From a candidate division FCPU426 bacterium (GTDB lineage Bacteria > Oederibacteriota > PGYV01 > Palsa-1178), in assembly GCA_963840035.1 (NCBI GenBank), contig CAWIXE010000002.1:1440001-1504000 (forward strand): a stretch of DNA of 64,000 nt, read 5' to 3'. The notes under the pieces are model-generated. The model saw only the letters and a program-made list of their open reading frames with translations. It ran no database searches and was not told the origin of the DNA. The translations under genes were made by a program, and so were the position numbers. Below, piece by piece: positions 1 to 9,622 of this stretch (within the stretch, counting starts at the first letter, position 1; the number at the start of each line of letters is the position of its first letter).

Positions 1-291
1 GCCATATAATTCAAAACTCAGCCGCGCCATAGCTTTCATAAAATCATCCGGCAGCAGTTCGGTCTCATCCATGCCTTCAACAAAAACATCCACGCCTGCG
101 CTGTCACAAGCCTCAAGCAGCTCGTCGAATATTTCCGCGTTTGTCGGTTTTTCGTCATCAAAAAACAGTATTGTATTTTTCACCATCAAGCCTGTTTTTC
201 TTAATTCACATTCCCTAACAACAGCCAGGAAATCAACTTTACCGCTTATAACCGCCTGCGCGTCGATTTTAACAACAGCCGTCTTTTTCAT
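1..291 (-). CDS. hypothetical protein, 5' part (runs off window start)
   Basis: Read by hand, absent from the ORF track. ATG at 291 after an AGGGG RBS; open frame MKKTAVVKIDAQAVISGKVDFLAVVRECELRK...LSFELYG to the window edge. Confidence 0.65.
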   Translation of the reverse strand, partial: MKKTAVVKIDAQAVISGKVDFLAVVRECELRKTGLMVKNTILFFDDEKPTNAEIFDELLEACDSAGVDVFVEGMDETELLPDDFMKAMARLSFELYG

Positions 292-683
292 TGTAATTCC
301 CCCTTTACATCAATCAGGGAAGATCAAAACGGCACCGGATATATTTCTGTTCCCTCATATAAAATATAGCAGCGGAGACATGGTTTGTCAATTTTTTCGG
401 TTTTTTTCGCTGCGGCCGCGCCCGTTTCTTTGTCATAAAAATATGGTTCAAATCAGTTTAAAAAAATTAACCAGCATTTTTTTGAAAATTTTTAAAAAAA
501 AACATTTCAGATATCCGGACTATGCCGACCGCAATCCCGCAATAGTCGGGAAGCGGATATGCGCTTGTTTTTGTATCACCCGCCGGCGCTTTCTTTGCTT
601 TATTTTTACGCATATTTTTGGTATATTAAACATACAGCTTTTTTGTAACTTCCCGGCTGACGAGGTGATACCTGGAACTCTAT

Positions 684-2603
684 TTGAAATATTCGAACCT
701 GTGCGAAATACCCGCAAGAAACTTCAGTTTATTCCCCGGCAGAATATCGCATAAATACAGGAAAAATTCAGGTTTCGAGACCAAAACATGGTCTGATTTT
801 TACCATGACATAGAAAAACTCTCCGCCGGATTTGAAGCGTTCGGCATAAGGAAAGACACGCACGCCGCATTTTTCGCCGATAACCGCTATGAATGGACCA
901 TGACAGATTACGCTTTAATGTCCTTGGGCGCCATTTCAGTCCCCCGCGGTTCAGATACCGCGCCTAAAGAACAAAAATTCATTTACATTCATTCAGATTC
1001 CCGTTTCCTGATCATGGAAAATTCAGCCCATCTTAAAGACTTTCTGGCTGAGGTTTCACCGGAAGAACTGAAACTCATAGAAAAGATCTTCCTCATGGAC
1101 GAGGAATCCTCCCCTCTGCCGGCTGATTTTATCATGGCTGCCGACAGGATAGTTTATTATAGGGAACTCATGGCAAAAGGCATGGAAATACTATCCTCAA
1201 ATCCCGGCTGGTATGAAAAAAAGCTTAAAGCCCCTGTATTCGACGACCTTGTGTCAATAATATACACCTCCGGCACTTCAGGCAACCCTAAAGGAGTCAT
1301 GCTCACGCACGGTAATTTTCTGCATAATGTCCGGGCTATAACCCCGCTTCTCTGGATTAATATTGAAAACAGCGAAAAGACCGTCTCAATCCTTCCTCCA
1401 TGGCACGTATACGAACGCTCCTACGAATACTGTATTGGTGCCGGAGCAGTAATGATATTCTACTCTTCCATACCTACCCTGGCAGAAGACCTTGTCAATG
1501 TAAAACCCGAACTTGTGGCTTCAGTCCCAAGAGTATGGGAATCCATATACGAGAAACTTGTATCAAAAATGGAAAAGGAATCCCCTGCCAAAAAAGCGGT
1601 ATTTTATTACTGCCTGCGTATCGCCAGGAAACATTATTCCGCCGAAAATTATATAAAGGGACATTTCCTTGAATTTAAAAAACATACCGCGGCTTATAAA
1701 TTCTTCGCCAAAGCGGCTAATGTGGTAATATTCGCATTTTTTCACCCGGCTTATATTATTGCCATGAAGGTATTTGAACCGCTGCGCGGGCTTGTCGGGG
1801 GAAAACTGCGCGCTTCATTTTCAGGCGGCGGCTCCCTTCCTCCAAAAATAGACACGCTTTTTAACTCCATAGGCATCAAACTCGTCAACGCTTTTGGCAT
1901 GACAGAGACTTCTCCCGGCGCCGTAACCAGGCGCCTTGACAGGAACACCATCGGTTCGATAGGCGTCCCCTTAGACGAAATGCAGGCTAAAATAGTCAAA
2001 GAAAACGGCTGGCCCGCAAACTTTGGCGAAAAGGGCATTCTCTATGTGAAAGGGCCAAGCGTTATGAGGGGTTATTATAAAAATCCAGAAGCCACTAAGG
2101 CATGCCTGTCTGATGACGGCTGGCTTAATACAGGAGACCTTGCGGTGCAGAGTTTTAACGGCGATTACATGATGACCGGAAGGGCAAAGTCGACTATTGT
2201 ACTATTAGGCGGCGAGAATGCCGAACCTGAACCAATTGAGGAAAAATTAAAGGAATCGAACTTAATCGACCATGCCGTAGTCGTAGGGCAGGATAAAAAG
2301 GGATTATCAGCCGTCATACAGATAAACGAGGAACGTTTAAAACACATGGCTGAAAAACTAAAAATATCGTGGGATGATATCGTATTAAAGGGCAGCGACG
2401 TAATAAAGCACAACAAAATACTGGCAGTATTAAACGCCGAGGTCAGGAAGCTTATAAACAGGAGGACCGGATTTAAACCTTCGGAAAAGATCACCAAGAT
2501 AGTACTGGTGAAAAAGAAATTCTCTATCGGCGATGAGCTTACCCAGACGCTTAAGATAAAACGCAATCACGTTGAAAAAAAATACAAAGACCACCTGAAA
2601 TAA
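684..2603 (+). CDS. long-chain fatty-acid--CoA ligase (AMP-binding family)
   Basis: IIYTSGTSGNPKG P-loop, FGMTET, WLNTGDL and TGRAK motifs. Start uncertain (TTG 684 or CTG 672). Confidence 0.92.
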   Translation: MKYSNLCEIPARNFSLFPGRISHKYRKNSGFETKTWSDFYHDIEKLSAGFEAFGIRKDTHAAFFADNRYEWTMTDYALMSLGAISVPRGSDTAPKEQKFIYIHSDSRFLIMENSAHLKDFLAEVSPEELKLIEKIFLMDEESSPLPADFIMAADRIVYYRELMAKGMEILSSNPGWYEKKLKAPVFDDLVSIIYTSGTSGNPKGVMLTHGNFLHNVRAITPLLWINIENSEKTVSILPPWHVYERSYEYCIGAGAVMIFYSSIPTLAEDLVNVKPELVASVPRVWESIYEKLVSKMEKESPAKKAVFYYCLRIARKHYSAENYIKGHFLEFKKHTAAYKFFAKAANVVIFAFFHPAYIIAMKVFEPLRGLVGGKLRASFSGGGSLPPKIDTLFNSIGIKLVNAFGMTETSPGAVTRRLDRNTIGSIGVPLDEMQAKIVKENGWPANFGEKGILYVKGPSVMRGYYKNPEATKACLSDDGWLNTGDLAVQSFNGDYMMTGRAKSTIVLLGGENAEPEPIEEKLKESNLIDHAVVVGQDKKGLSAVIQINEERLKHMAEKLKISWDDIVLKGSDVIKHNKILAVLNAEVRKLINRRTGFKPSEKITKIVLVKKKFSIGDELTQTLKIKRNHVEKKYKDHLK

Positions 2604-2609
2604 TAAGTA

Positions 2610-2870
2610 TCAGCAGTAAACCCTTGATTTTTCCGGTATGCCCGAAGACGGCCTTTTGAACCATATCAGCCCTTTTTGGGTGTGATAAATATCATAATCA
2701 AATCCCTGTTCATTTTCCCTGACAAACTTGCTGTTCACCCTTAAGCCGTTTGAGTTTAAATAGGCGAGCTGGTATTTTATAAAGTCGCTTTTCTTCTGTA
2801 TCCCAGAAAAATATATGGCGCTTTCCATGCTAATTCCCAGTCCTATAAACTTAATTTTTAATGCCCCCAC
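2610..2870 (-). CDS. hypothetical protein (86 aa)
   Basis: GTG start with GGAGG RBS; fills the gap convergent with the ligase gene. Confidence 0.55.
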   Translation of the reverse strand: MGALKIKFIGLGISMESAIYFSGIQKKSDFIKYQLAYLNSNGLRVNSKFVRENEQGFDYDIYHTQKGLIWFKRPSSGIPEKSRVYC

Positions 2871-3000
2871 AAATAAACCCTCCGTTCCTGGTAATATACC
2901 AATGAATTATGGCAATTTTACAGGAATCAGGGGATTTTGTCAATATCACATTGTGAAATTCTAGTTTTGCTGTAGGGCATTCGGTATATTAACTATTCCA

Positions 3001-3230
3001 TGACATTGTCGGAAAAGCCGCAGTTTTTGTATGTCATTGCGAGGAGGCGTTGTTAGCATTTTGCCGACGAAGTCCTTCGACTTCGCTCAGGACCATGAGC
3101 CTGCCGAATGGCAATCTTGCTTTTTTTAAGGGTGAAACGCGATTGCTTCGTCGCCGTAAAACAAAAACGGCTCCTCTCAATGACAACAAAAAATGACAGA
3201 ACAAAAAAACAGGGTTTTCCGACAGTATCA
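3001..3230. mobile_element. MITE-like shell containing a GTCATTGCGAGG-type palindromic element with a further 39-bp insert
   Basis: Imperfect terminal inverted repeats TGACATTGTCGGAAAAGCC / TGATACTGTCGGAAAACCC; core palindrome 3033-3184; insert 3073-3111 absent from the other copies. Confidence 0.7.
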
Positions 3231-6002
3231 CTATGAGAATAATTCCACAATTTCATCCTGATTTATTAAACGGAATGCCGATTGTATATTATCAATGTCC
3301 TGTTGCTTCATTTTCAGGGCGCAGCTGTCTATTATGGACTGCGCTTTTTCTTTTGTTTCCTTCTCCATTCCGGTAAACCTGGAAACACATGACGCGCACC
3401 TGACAGCTTCCGTCAGTTTTCCCTGCCTGAAATATATCTCGGCGATACGCGTCAGGTTCTCTGCAGCTTTAAAATCAGCTTTTGCCTTCATAGAAAGCCT
3501 GAATGCGGTAACCGCATTATCAAAAGCCTCCTGCAGTTTGTTGTCATGCAGGGCAATGATACCAAGGTTAGTATACGAATACAGCTCCCCGAGCAGGTCC
3601 CCGATCTCCAGTCGTATCTTAAGCCCTGAGACGCAAAGCCTGCGTGCCTCATCGTAATTACGCGCTTTTATTTCAAGCTCGCAGAGCATATTGTAGCCCC
3701 ACGAAACGCCTTTTTTATCCATTACATGCTTGTATATCCTTATGCCGGTTTCAAAATGATTTTTGGCTGTGTCCATTTTTTCCTGCGCCATTTCTATCTG
3801 CGCCATGGTGTAATTTGACCAGGCAAACCCCGCCATGTTCTGGGCGTGTTCATATACTTTCATGCTTTCAGATACATGACCATAAGCCCGGTCATATTCC
3901 TTCATCGAATACAGCACGCTGGCCAGCACCATCCCGGAAAAAGCCGCGCTGTCAGTGTCATTTAAACCGGTATATATTTCATGGCTTTCCGTACAGGCCT
4001 TCATGGCTTTATCATATTTATTAACCCCTTCATAAAGCAACCCCAGATGGTTGAGCCCATGCGCGGCATCCTTTACCTTTCCGCATTTTTTTAAACCGTC
4101 TATCCCGGCTAAAAGCTGCTTTTCAGAATTATCAAACGCGCCTATGTGCCTGTATAGCGCCCCCGCGTAGGACTTAAGCAGGCTTGACAGCGCAAAGGCA
4201 TCCGTCCGGCCGCCCTCAAAGGGCTCTATTTTCTTTACTGTAGTCATAAAAACATCAGCGCCTTCCACGAACCTGTTCCTTAACTCATAAAAATTAAAAA
4301 CCGGCTCAGCCGCCTCATACAGCGAATCAAATCCGCCATGCTTTTGAACCGCGTCCCAGGCGCTTATAATGTTTTCAATATCATTGCTTACCGCTTCCAT
4401 ATTTTCCCGCTGCCTGGGGCCGGTTAACTGTCCCTTCATTGATCTTATATATCCGGTAAAATATGCCGTATGCTCCCTTTTTACCGATTCAACATCAGCG
4501 GCATCGGAAGAAAATTTTTCAAACGCGTACTGCCTTATAAGTTCATGTATTACAAAACGCGAAGGCGCCGAAACTTTTATAAAGGATTTATCGGAAAGCG
4601 ACATGAGTTCGGATAACGACGCGCCTGTTACCTTTACAGCCGCCTGCCTGCCGAACCCGCCGGTAAAAAGCGTCAGCCTGCGCATTATCCTTCGTTCGCT
4701 TTCGCTTAAGAGCCCGTAAGAATACTCAAAAAGCGAGCGCATGCTCGAGTGTTTTGCCCCGGCCTTGGAGTCTTTTAATATATCAGCGCCCGCCTGCATT
4801 TCCTTTACGAGTTCAGATACGCTTAAGACCTTCAGCCACGGCGCGGCCAGTTCCATGGCCAGCGGCAGCCCGTCAACCACCCTGCAAAATTCAACCGCCG
4901 CTTTCTTTTCATCGTCGTCAAACTCCCTTCCTCCGGAATACCTCGAGGCATGCTCCCAGAATAATTTTACAGCCGGGCCATCCGCTGAATAGTCAAGGCC
5001 CCGCAGTTCAAGCACTGTTTCGCCGGGCATACCCAGTATTGCCCTTGACGTGGCAAGCACAGCCGTCCTCGGGCAGTTGAGTATTATCTGGGAAATAAAA
5101 TCACGGCCTTCCAGGAGGTGCTCAAAATTATCCAGCACAAGGAGCATTTTTCTGTCCTTAAAATAATCAACCAGCTGTTTTACAGGTGACTCATCCTCGT
5201 AAAAAGTATAATTAAGCACGTTGGCAACAGCAAACGGTATCTTATCCGGGGTATCCAGCGGCGCCAACTCGATATACGCGATACCGTCGAGATATGTTTC
5301 TGAGAGCCCCCTTACGGCTTCGGCCGCAAGCCTGCTTTTGCCCATGCCGCCCTGCGCCACAAGCGTCATGCATTTGGCGCCGGCAGTTGAGAAAAAGGAG
5401 TATATGCGCGCCGCCTCCGCGTCCCTTCCGGTAAACGGGGTGGAATATGACGGCATGTTAAAAAACAGCTGTGTGGATGACTTTAATGGGGGGAATTTCA
5501 GCCACTTCACGGAATTATTGACCACTCCAAAAACTTTCTGGGGGGCTTCCACGCCTTTGAGCGTAAAGAAACCCATGTCCGTCACTTCGGTTCCTTCAGG
5601 TATAACGCACCCGTCTATGGCCTCAGGAGTCGCCAGTATCTGCCCTCCCCAGCCGAGCGAAAGGACCCTTGCTGTTTTATTTATTTCAGGCCCAAAATAA
5701 TCGTCGCCGCGCTCCTCCGCCTCACCGGCATGGATTCCAATCCTTACGCGCAGTTCCCCTATTCCGTCCCATTTCTCAGAACCAATCATTTTTTCAATCT
5801 CAATGGCCGCTTTTACTCCATTTTGTGTATTAAAGGAGGCAAACACACCGTCCCCTGTATGCTTTATTATCCTGCCTCCGTTATCCTTTATCACTTTTCC
5901 AAGGATGTCATCATGCCTTTTTAATACTTTAGGCATTGCCGCGGAATACTTTTCCCATTTTTTTGTTGAGTCTTCTATGTCCGTAAATAGAAATACCGGC
6001 AT
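3231..6002 (-). CDS. class III adenylate cyclase + STAND (NB-ARC-like) ATPase + TPR protein
   Basis: FTDIEDST, KHTGDG, RIGIHAG, DYFGPEINKTAR; Walker A AQGGMGKS, Walker B LLVLDNFEH, GLPLA; C-terminal TPR-like repeats. Confidence 0.9.
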   Translation of the reverse strand: MPVFLFTDIEDSTKKWEKYSAAMPKVLKRHDDILGKVIKDNGGRIIKHTGDGVFASFNTQNGVKAAIEIEKMIGSEKWDGIGELRVRIGIHAGEAEERGDDYFGPEINKTARVLSLGWGGQILATPEAIDGCVIPEGTEVTDMGFFTLKGVEAPQKVFGVVNNSVKWLKFPPLKSSTQLFFNMPSYSTPFTGRDAEAARIYSFFSTAGAKCMTLVAQGGMGKSRLAAEAVRGLSETYLDGIAYIELAPLDTPDKIPFAVANVLNYTFYEDESPVKQLVDYFKDRKMLLVLDNFEHLLEGRDFISQIILNCPRTAVLATSRAILGMPGETVLELRGLDYSADGPAVKLFWEHASRYSGGREFDDDEKKAAVEFCRVVDGLPLAMELAAPWLKVLSVSELVKEMQAGADILKDSKAGAKHSSMRSLFEYSYGLLSESERRIMRRLTLFTGGFGRQAAVKVTGASLSELMSLSDKSFIKVSAPSRFVIHELIRQYAFEKFSSDAADVESVKREHTAYFTGYIRSMKGQLTGPRQRENMEAVSNDIENIISAWDAVQKHGGFDSLYEAAEPVFNFYELRNRFVEGADVFMTTVKKIEPFEGGRTDAFALSSLLKSYAGALYRHIGAFDNSEKQLLAGIDGLKKCGKVKDAAHGLNHLGLLYEGVNKYDKAMKACTESHEIYTGLNDTDSAAFSGMVLASVLYSMKEYDRAYGHVSESMKVYEHAQNMAGFAWSNYTMAQIEMAQEKMDTAKNHFETGIRIYKHVMDKKGVSWGYNMLCELEIKARNYDEARRLCVSGLKIRLEIGDLLGELYSYTNLGIIALHDNKLQEAFDNAVTAFRLSMKAKADFKAAENLTRIAEIYFRQGKLTEAVRCASCVSRFTGMEKETKEKAQSIIDSCALKMKQQDIDNIQSAFRLINQDEIVELFS

Positions 6003-6146
6003 TTATCCTCCACAATATAACTTAATTGATGCCATTATAACCTAAATAGGGGGCTATATCAACACACATGCAATAATCGTTATTGTATGTAATAGTGTAT
6101 AAATTCATATTTAACCGCATATACTGGCTTATTATACTTATTAAAT

Positions 6147-6180
6147 TCTCACCCCAGCCCCTCTCCCAAATGGGAGAGGG
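6147..6180. repeat. CCCTCTCCC...GGGAGAGGG palindromic REP-like element
   Basis: ctcaccccagcccctctcccaaatgggagaggg; related inverted copy at 37861-37897. Confidence 0.6.
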
Positions 6181-6343
6181 ATAAAGGAACAAATCAATTT
6201 ACACACAACTAAATACCGTATCGCAATAATCACATGCAATAATCATAACAAACACGGGAAACAACGGCAAATTTATCATGGTTTTATTTCGACCAAAATG
6301 TTATTATTAGTCATAGGGCAAAATCAAATTAAATGGAGGAATA

Positions 6344-7303
6344 ATGAAAAAAACTTCTATTCTGTCTTTAATACTTATCCCGCTGTTTTCCGCCGCGGTA
6401 TACGGCATAGAAATTAACGCGGGAGGAGGCCTTTTACTTGTCAGTAATTATTATAATTACGGCATAACTTTAACCCTGGGTTCCCAATCTTATACGCTCA
6501 AGGAGTTTGAGGCCCTGATGAAAAACGCCGGTTATAGTTCTGAGATTGAAGAAACAGGAGCCGCCCCGGCGATTAACATCATGGCCGCTTCAAAATACAA
6601 TGAGCTTTTCTACTATTATGTGCGGCTTATGTTTGTCCCCAATGTAATGTACAAAGCTGTCTACACCATACCTGGAGGCACATTTAACCAGAATATCGAT
6701 ATGCCTCTCGTATATTTTGGAGGCGGGTTAGGCGCGCAGATATCCCCGATGCAGAAGCTTCATCTCATGGCGCAGGTTGACATAGGCTATACCCTCATGA
6801 ACGCGTCAATTACCCAGGAAATAAAGGACACTACAGGCGCCGTATTAAATACAGATTCCACTAAAAAGAACGGAAGCACTGTCGGATATTTCGTTGGAGC
6901 TGCTGCCAAGTATTACTTTTCAGGGATGTTTTACGGCCTGGCAGATATCAACTATAACAGCCTTGGCTCAAGCGTTTTTATAGGCGTTGGCGTCGGCGTG
7001 GACTTCAGCCCGCCCGAAGCCTCCGGCTCCCCTTCTGAGACTGCCGGAGATGCCGGAACTTCAGCGGCAGGGCTGGAATCAGAAGGCGACGCGCTTTACA
7101 GGGCGAAGAATTTCAAAGGGGCATTCGCCAAATACAAACAGGCCATGGCCCTGGAAAAAAAGGCCGCTTTGTATGTCAAGGCCGGCAACTGCTATTACGC
7201 CCTTGGATATAAGGCGCAAGCCCTGAATTTTTACAATTATTCCCTTAAACTCGAAGATAACCCCGGAGTAAGGGCGTTCATACAGAAAATATCCGTAAAA
7301 TAA
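6344..7303 (+). CDS. outer-membrane beta-barrel protein with C-terminal TPR domain
   Basis: Signal peptide; alternating beta-strand pattern ending GVGVGVDF; linker; TPR motifs (GDALYRAKNFKGA..Y, AGNCYYALG...AL.FY). Confidence 0.7.
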   Translation: MKKTSILSLILIPLFSAAVYGIEINAGGGLLLVSNYYNYGITLTLGSQSYTLKEFEALMKNAGYSSEIEETGAAPAINIMAASKYNELFYYYVRLMFVPNVMYKAVYTIPGGTFNQNIDMPLVYFGGGLGAQISPMQKLHLMAQVDIGYTLMNASITQEIKDTTGAVLNTDSTKKNGSTVGYFVGAAAKYYFSGMFYGLADINYNSLGSSVFIGVGVGVDFSPPEASGSPSETAGDAGTSAAGLESEGDALYRAKNFKGAFAKYKQAMALEKKAALYVKAGNCYYALGYKAQALNFYNYSLKLEDNPGVRAFIQKISVK

Positions 7304-7347
7304 CTTCAGCGCGCAGACTGTCATTACATGACAACCGGAGGCATTAA

Positions 7348-7815
7348 GTGATAATCATTATTATTTCTTTCTCCATTTCCATACTTTATATAATAATGCT
7401 GATTTTTAAAAAATCCCACGACAGAACAGGCCCGGATAAGGGCCAAATATTGGATACTGTTAATGTCGTGAGGATTTTTTATCTTACGGCGCTCTGCGTT
7501 GTGCCGGGGCTCTGTTTTATGGCCACGGTTTTAAACAGGAACCGCCTCTTCATGGTAGCCGAATCAGCCGTACCCATAGTGTCGTTGGCTTTATTCATGA
7601 TGGGTATATCAACGCTCGGGCAAAGATCCCTGGCAAAACGCTTTAAAATGCATGTGGCATTTGAATTACGGGAAATCATAATAATGACAGTCATTCCCGC
7701 TTTGTTATATTTGAGTTTTATTCCGGCAACCGACGTAACGCTTTACTACGCTTCCCCGGGCTTGTATGCCGGTTTTCTCGCGGCTTACATAATAAAAAAG
7801 AGAAAAAAAACCTAA
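7348..7815 (+). CDS. hypothetical integral membrane protein
   Basis: GGAGG RBS, GTG start, about 5 hydrophobic segments. Confidence 0.65.
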   Translation: MIIIIISFSISILYIIMLIFKKSHDRTGPDKGQILDTVNVVRIFYLTALCVVPGLCFMATVLNRNRLFMVAESAVPIVSLALFMMGISTLGQRSLAKRFKMHVAFELREIIIMTVIPALLYLSFIPATDVTLYYASPGLYAGFLAAYIIKKRKKT

Positions 7816-8969
7816 CGGCCCTGCTGCCCCTGGGCCGTATTCTTTTTATAAATGTAAAAATGGTGTAAAACCCCGTTTTTATCCTCTGCCTGCCCAGGGA
7901 CCTGCGAATAAAGGGTCTTGTAGAACTTCTGGTTGTTGAATTCCTGGTGGAAAGGTATACCCACTATGATCTCATCCGGAGCTGATTTCGCGTACGCCAT
8001 CAGCCTTGCCGTAGTCGTTATCGTATTCCCGTATACATTCAGGGATTTCATGCCCGCGATGTCGACCTGTGCCAGCAGGTCCTTGCCGTTATTCACCGCC
8101 AGCCTTATTTTCCATTCCGGCACTTTCTTGCGCCTGTTATCGGCGTTTACCACGGCGAGCCGGTCAAGAAATTTGGTGGCAAAAGTAAAGTTAATGTCCT
8201 CTTCATTTCGGTTGCCCAGGAAGCATATATAAGCCCCGTCGCCAAGAAGTATCAGCAGGTAATCGGTATAATTGACCAGCAGCTGGTTAAGTATGGAGTT
8301 TAACTGCGGAATCCAAAAATCCCTCTGCGTCTCAAGGTCGGCCGTGGTGGAGGAACGTATGTCAAGCCCGACGCAAGAGTTATAGTGCGGCTTGCCGGTT
8401 TCAAGGTCTTTTGAGAAATTTGCCGGTATGAAAATGTTATTCGACCTTACCTTCGCCTGCTGTTCCTCATCCGTTAAAACCCTCATACGGTATTTAAATC
8501 CTTCATAGTATTCCGCGTCTTCCTTAAAGACAAAACTGTTATATTTATAAAAAGCAGCCTGCGCGTCGGTCCCCGCCTGGTTTAACCACTTGGAAAGCGC
8601 GGTCCTGTCGGCCTTTCCGGTCGCCACAAAAAAGACCGTATCGCCTTCCCTTAACTCCTCGCCGGTGCCGTAGGGTATAAGCCTGTATTCACTGGACCTT
8701 TTTATGAAAGTACCGGCGAAAGAATTGGGTTTTTGTATCGAAGTGCCCACCTTGCTTATGGATTCGGGCGACCAACCGTCAAATATGCGCCAGCCATTTT
8801 TATCCCATTTTATATGAGCCTGGATGCGGCTTATTGTGTTTTTTTCATCAGTGCAGAATTTAATATCGAGGGCTTCAAAATCGCGGCCTATAACATATGT
8901 CTTGTTTTTATCGGAAAGTATAAGGGTTTCTTCCTTGCCACAGACCCCGCAATTAAAACTTAATTTCAT
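7812..8969 (-). CDS. FHA-like domain + class III nucleotidyl cyclase domain protein
   Basis: N-terminal CxxC; FHA motifs VIGR, ISR, AGTF, LREGDTV; cyclase motifs GLDIRSST, LGDG, IRLAVNNG, NVYGNTITTTARLM. Confidence 0.75.
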   Translation of the reverse strand: MKLSFNCGVCGKEETLILSDKNKTYVIGRDFEALDIKFCTDEKNTISRIQAHIKWDKNGWRIFDGWSPESISKVGTSIQKPNSFAGTFIKRSSEYRLIPYGTGEELREGDTVFFVATGKADRTALSKWLNQAGTDAQAAFYKYNSFVFKEDAEYYEGFKYRMRVLTDEEQQAKVRSNNIFIPANFSKDLETGKPHYNSCVGLDIRSSTTADLETQRDFWIPQLNSILNQLLVNYTDYLLILLGDGAYICFLGNRNEEDINFTFATKFLDRLAVVNADNRRKKVPEWKIRLAVNNGKDLLAQVDIAGMKSLNVYGNTITTTARLMAYAKSAPDEIIVGIPFHQEFNNQKFYKTLYSQVPGQAEDKNGVLHHFYIYKKNTAQGQQGR

Positions 8970-9074
8970 GCTTATTTTCCTCCGCGCCGTTTCAATTCAT
9001 CTTTATAAATTATATCATAATACACCTCCTTTTACTATAAATAACCGTTTAATCAGACAAAACAGGCGCTAAAC

Positions 9075-9275
9075 TCAATAAGATATGTGGCTTAACGGAT
9101 TGTTTTTGTCGCGCCTGTCTCCCCTGATCCTTCTATCCCCTGTACGTCCTTCATCGAGGGCGGATTCCGCGTTCTTTTCATCAATACTTTTCGCGGCGCT
9201 GTTTAAATAACCCAGCCATCTGCGGTCTCCTTCCCTGCGGTCTTTACCTGTCCTTCTGTCATTGTAAGCGGACAT
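9075..9275 (-). CDS. small protein with tandem DRR motifs (66 aa)
   Basis: AGGCGGTG RBS, ATG at 9275; DRRTGKDRREGDRR...GDRRIRGDRR. Confidence 0.7.
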   Translation of the reverse strand: MSAYNDRRTGKDRREGDRRWLGYLNSAAKSIDEKNAESALDEGRTGDRRIRGDRRDKNNPLSHISY

Positions 9276-9303
9276 ATAATTCACCGCCTTTCATATAAAC
9301 TTC

Positions 9304-9468
9304 TTAATGATGCCCTGACATGCGTTTTTCTTCTATTCTTTTCAAATGCTCATGTTCCCTGATGTACGATTGCGGCTTTAAACCCACCCTCCTGCGCTGC
9401 ATCCTCAAAACCATTTCCAAATCCCTGCTGTTTTTTAAGTGAACTTCATTTTCGTTTTCCCGCCTCAT
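9304..9468 (-). CDS. small basic hypothetical protein (54 aa)
   Basis: Read by hand: AAGGAGGCGGTG RBS; MRRENENEVHLKNSRDLEMVLRMQRRRVGLKPQSYIREHEHLKRIEEKRMSGHH. Confidence 0.6.
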   Translation of the reverse strand: MRRENENEVHLKNSRDLEMVLRMQRRRVGLKPQSYIREHEHLKRIEEKRMSGHH

Positions 9469-9622
9469 TTTCACCGCCTCCTTATTCTGTTCTCAGTATA
9501 AGCATACACAAGGGAAAACGGTTTAGTCAATGTGACAAAGAACTTATAAAAAGGTAAAGGGTACAAGGTGCAAGGTACAGATGTTACCTGTACCCTGAAC
9601 CCTGTACCCAATTCCCCTTACG

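Noticed and set aside
71..754. 227-aa plus-strand ORF
   Set aside because: Low-complexity, no RBS; overlaps a better minus-strand gene (1-291) and an AT-rich promoter region.
3034..3256. Short ORFs here and at 24269-24491 and 32859-33092
   Set aside because: They are translations of the palindromic repeat element.
7348..8969. Pycsar anti-phage system (cyclase + TM effector)
   Set aside because: The membrane gene is convergent rather than co-transcribed and shows no cNMP-binding domain; the cyclase carries an FHA domain.
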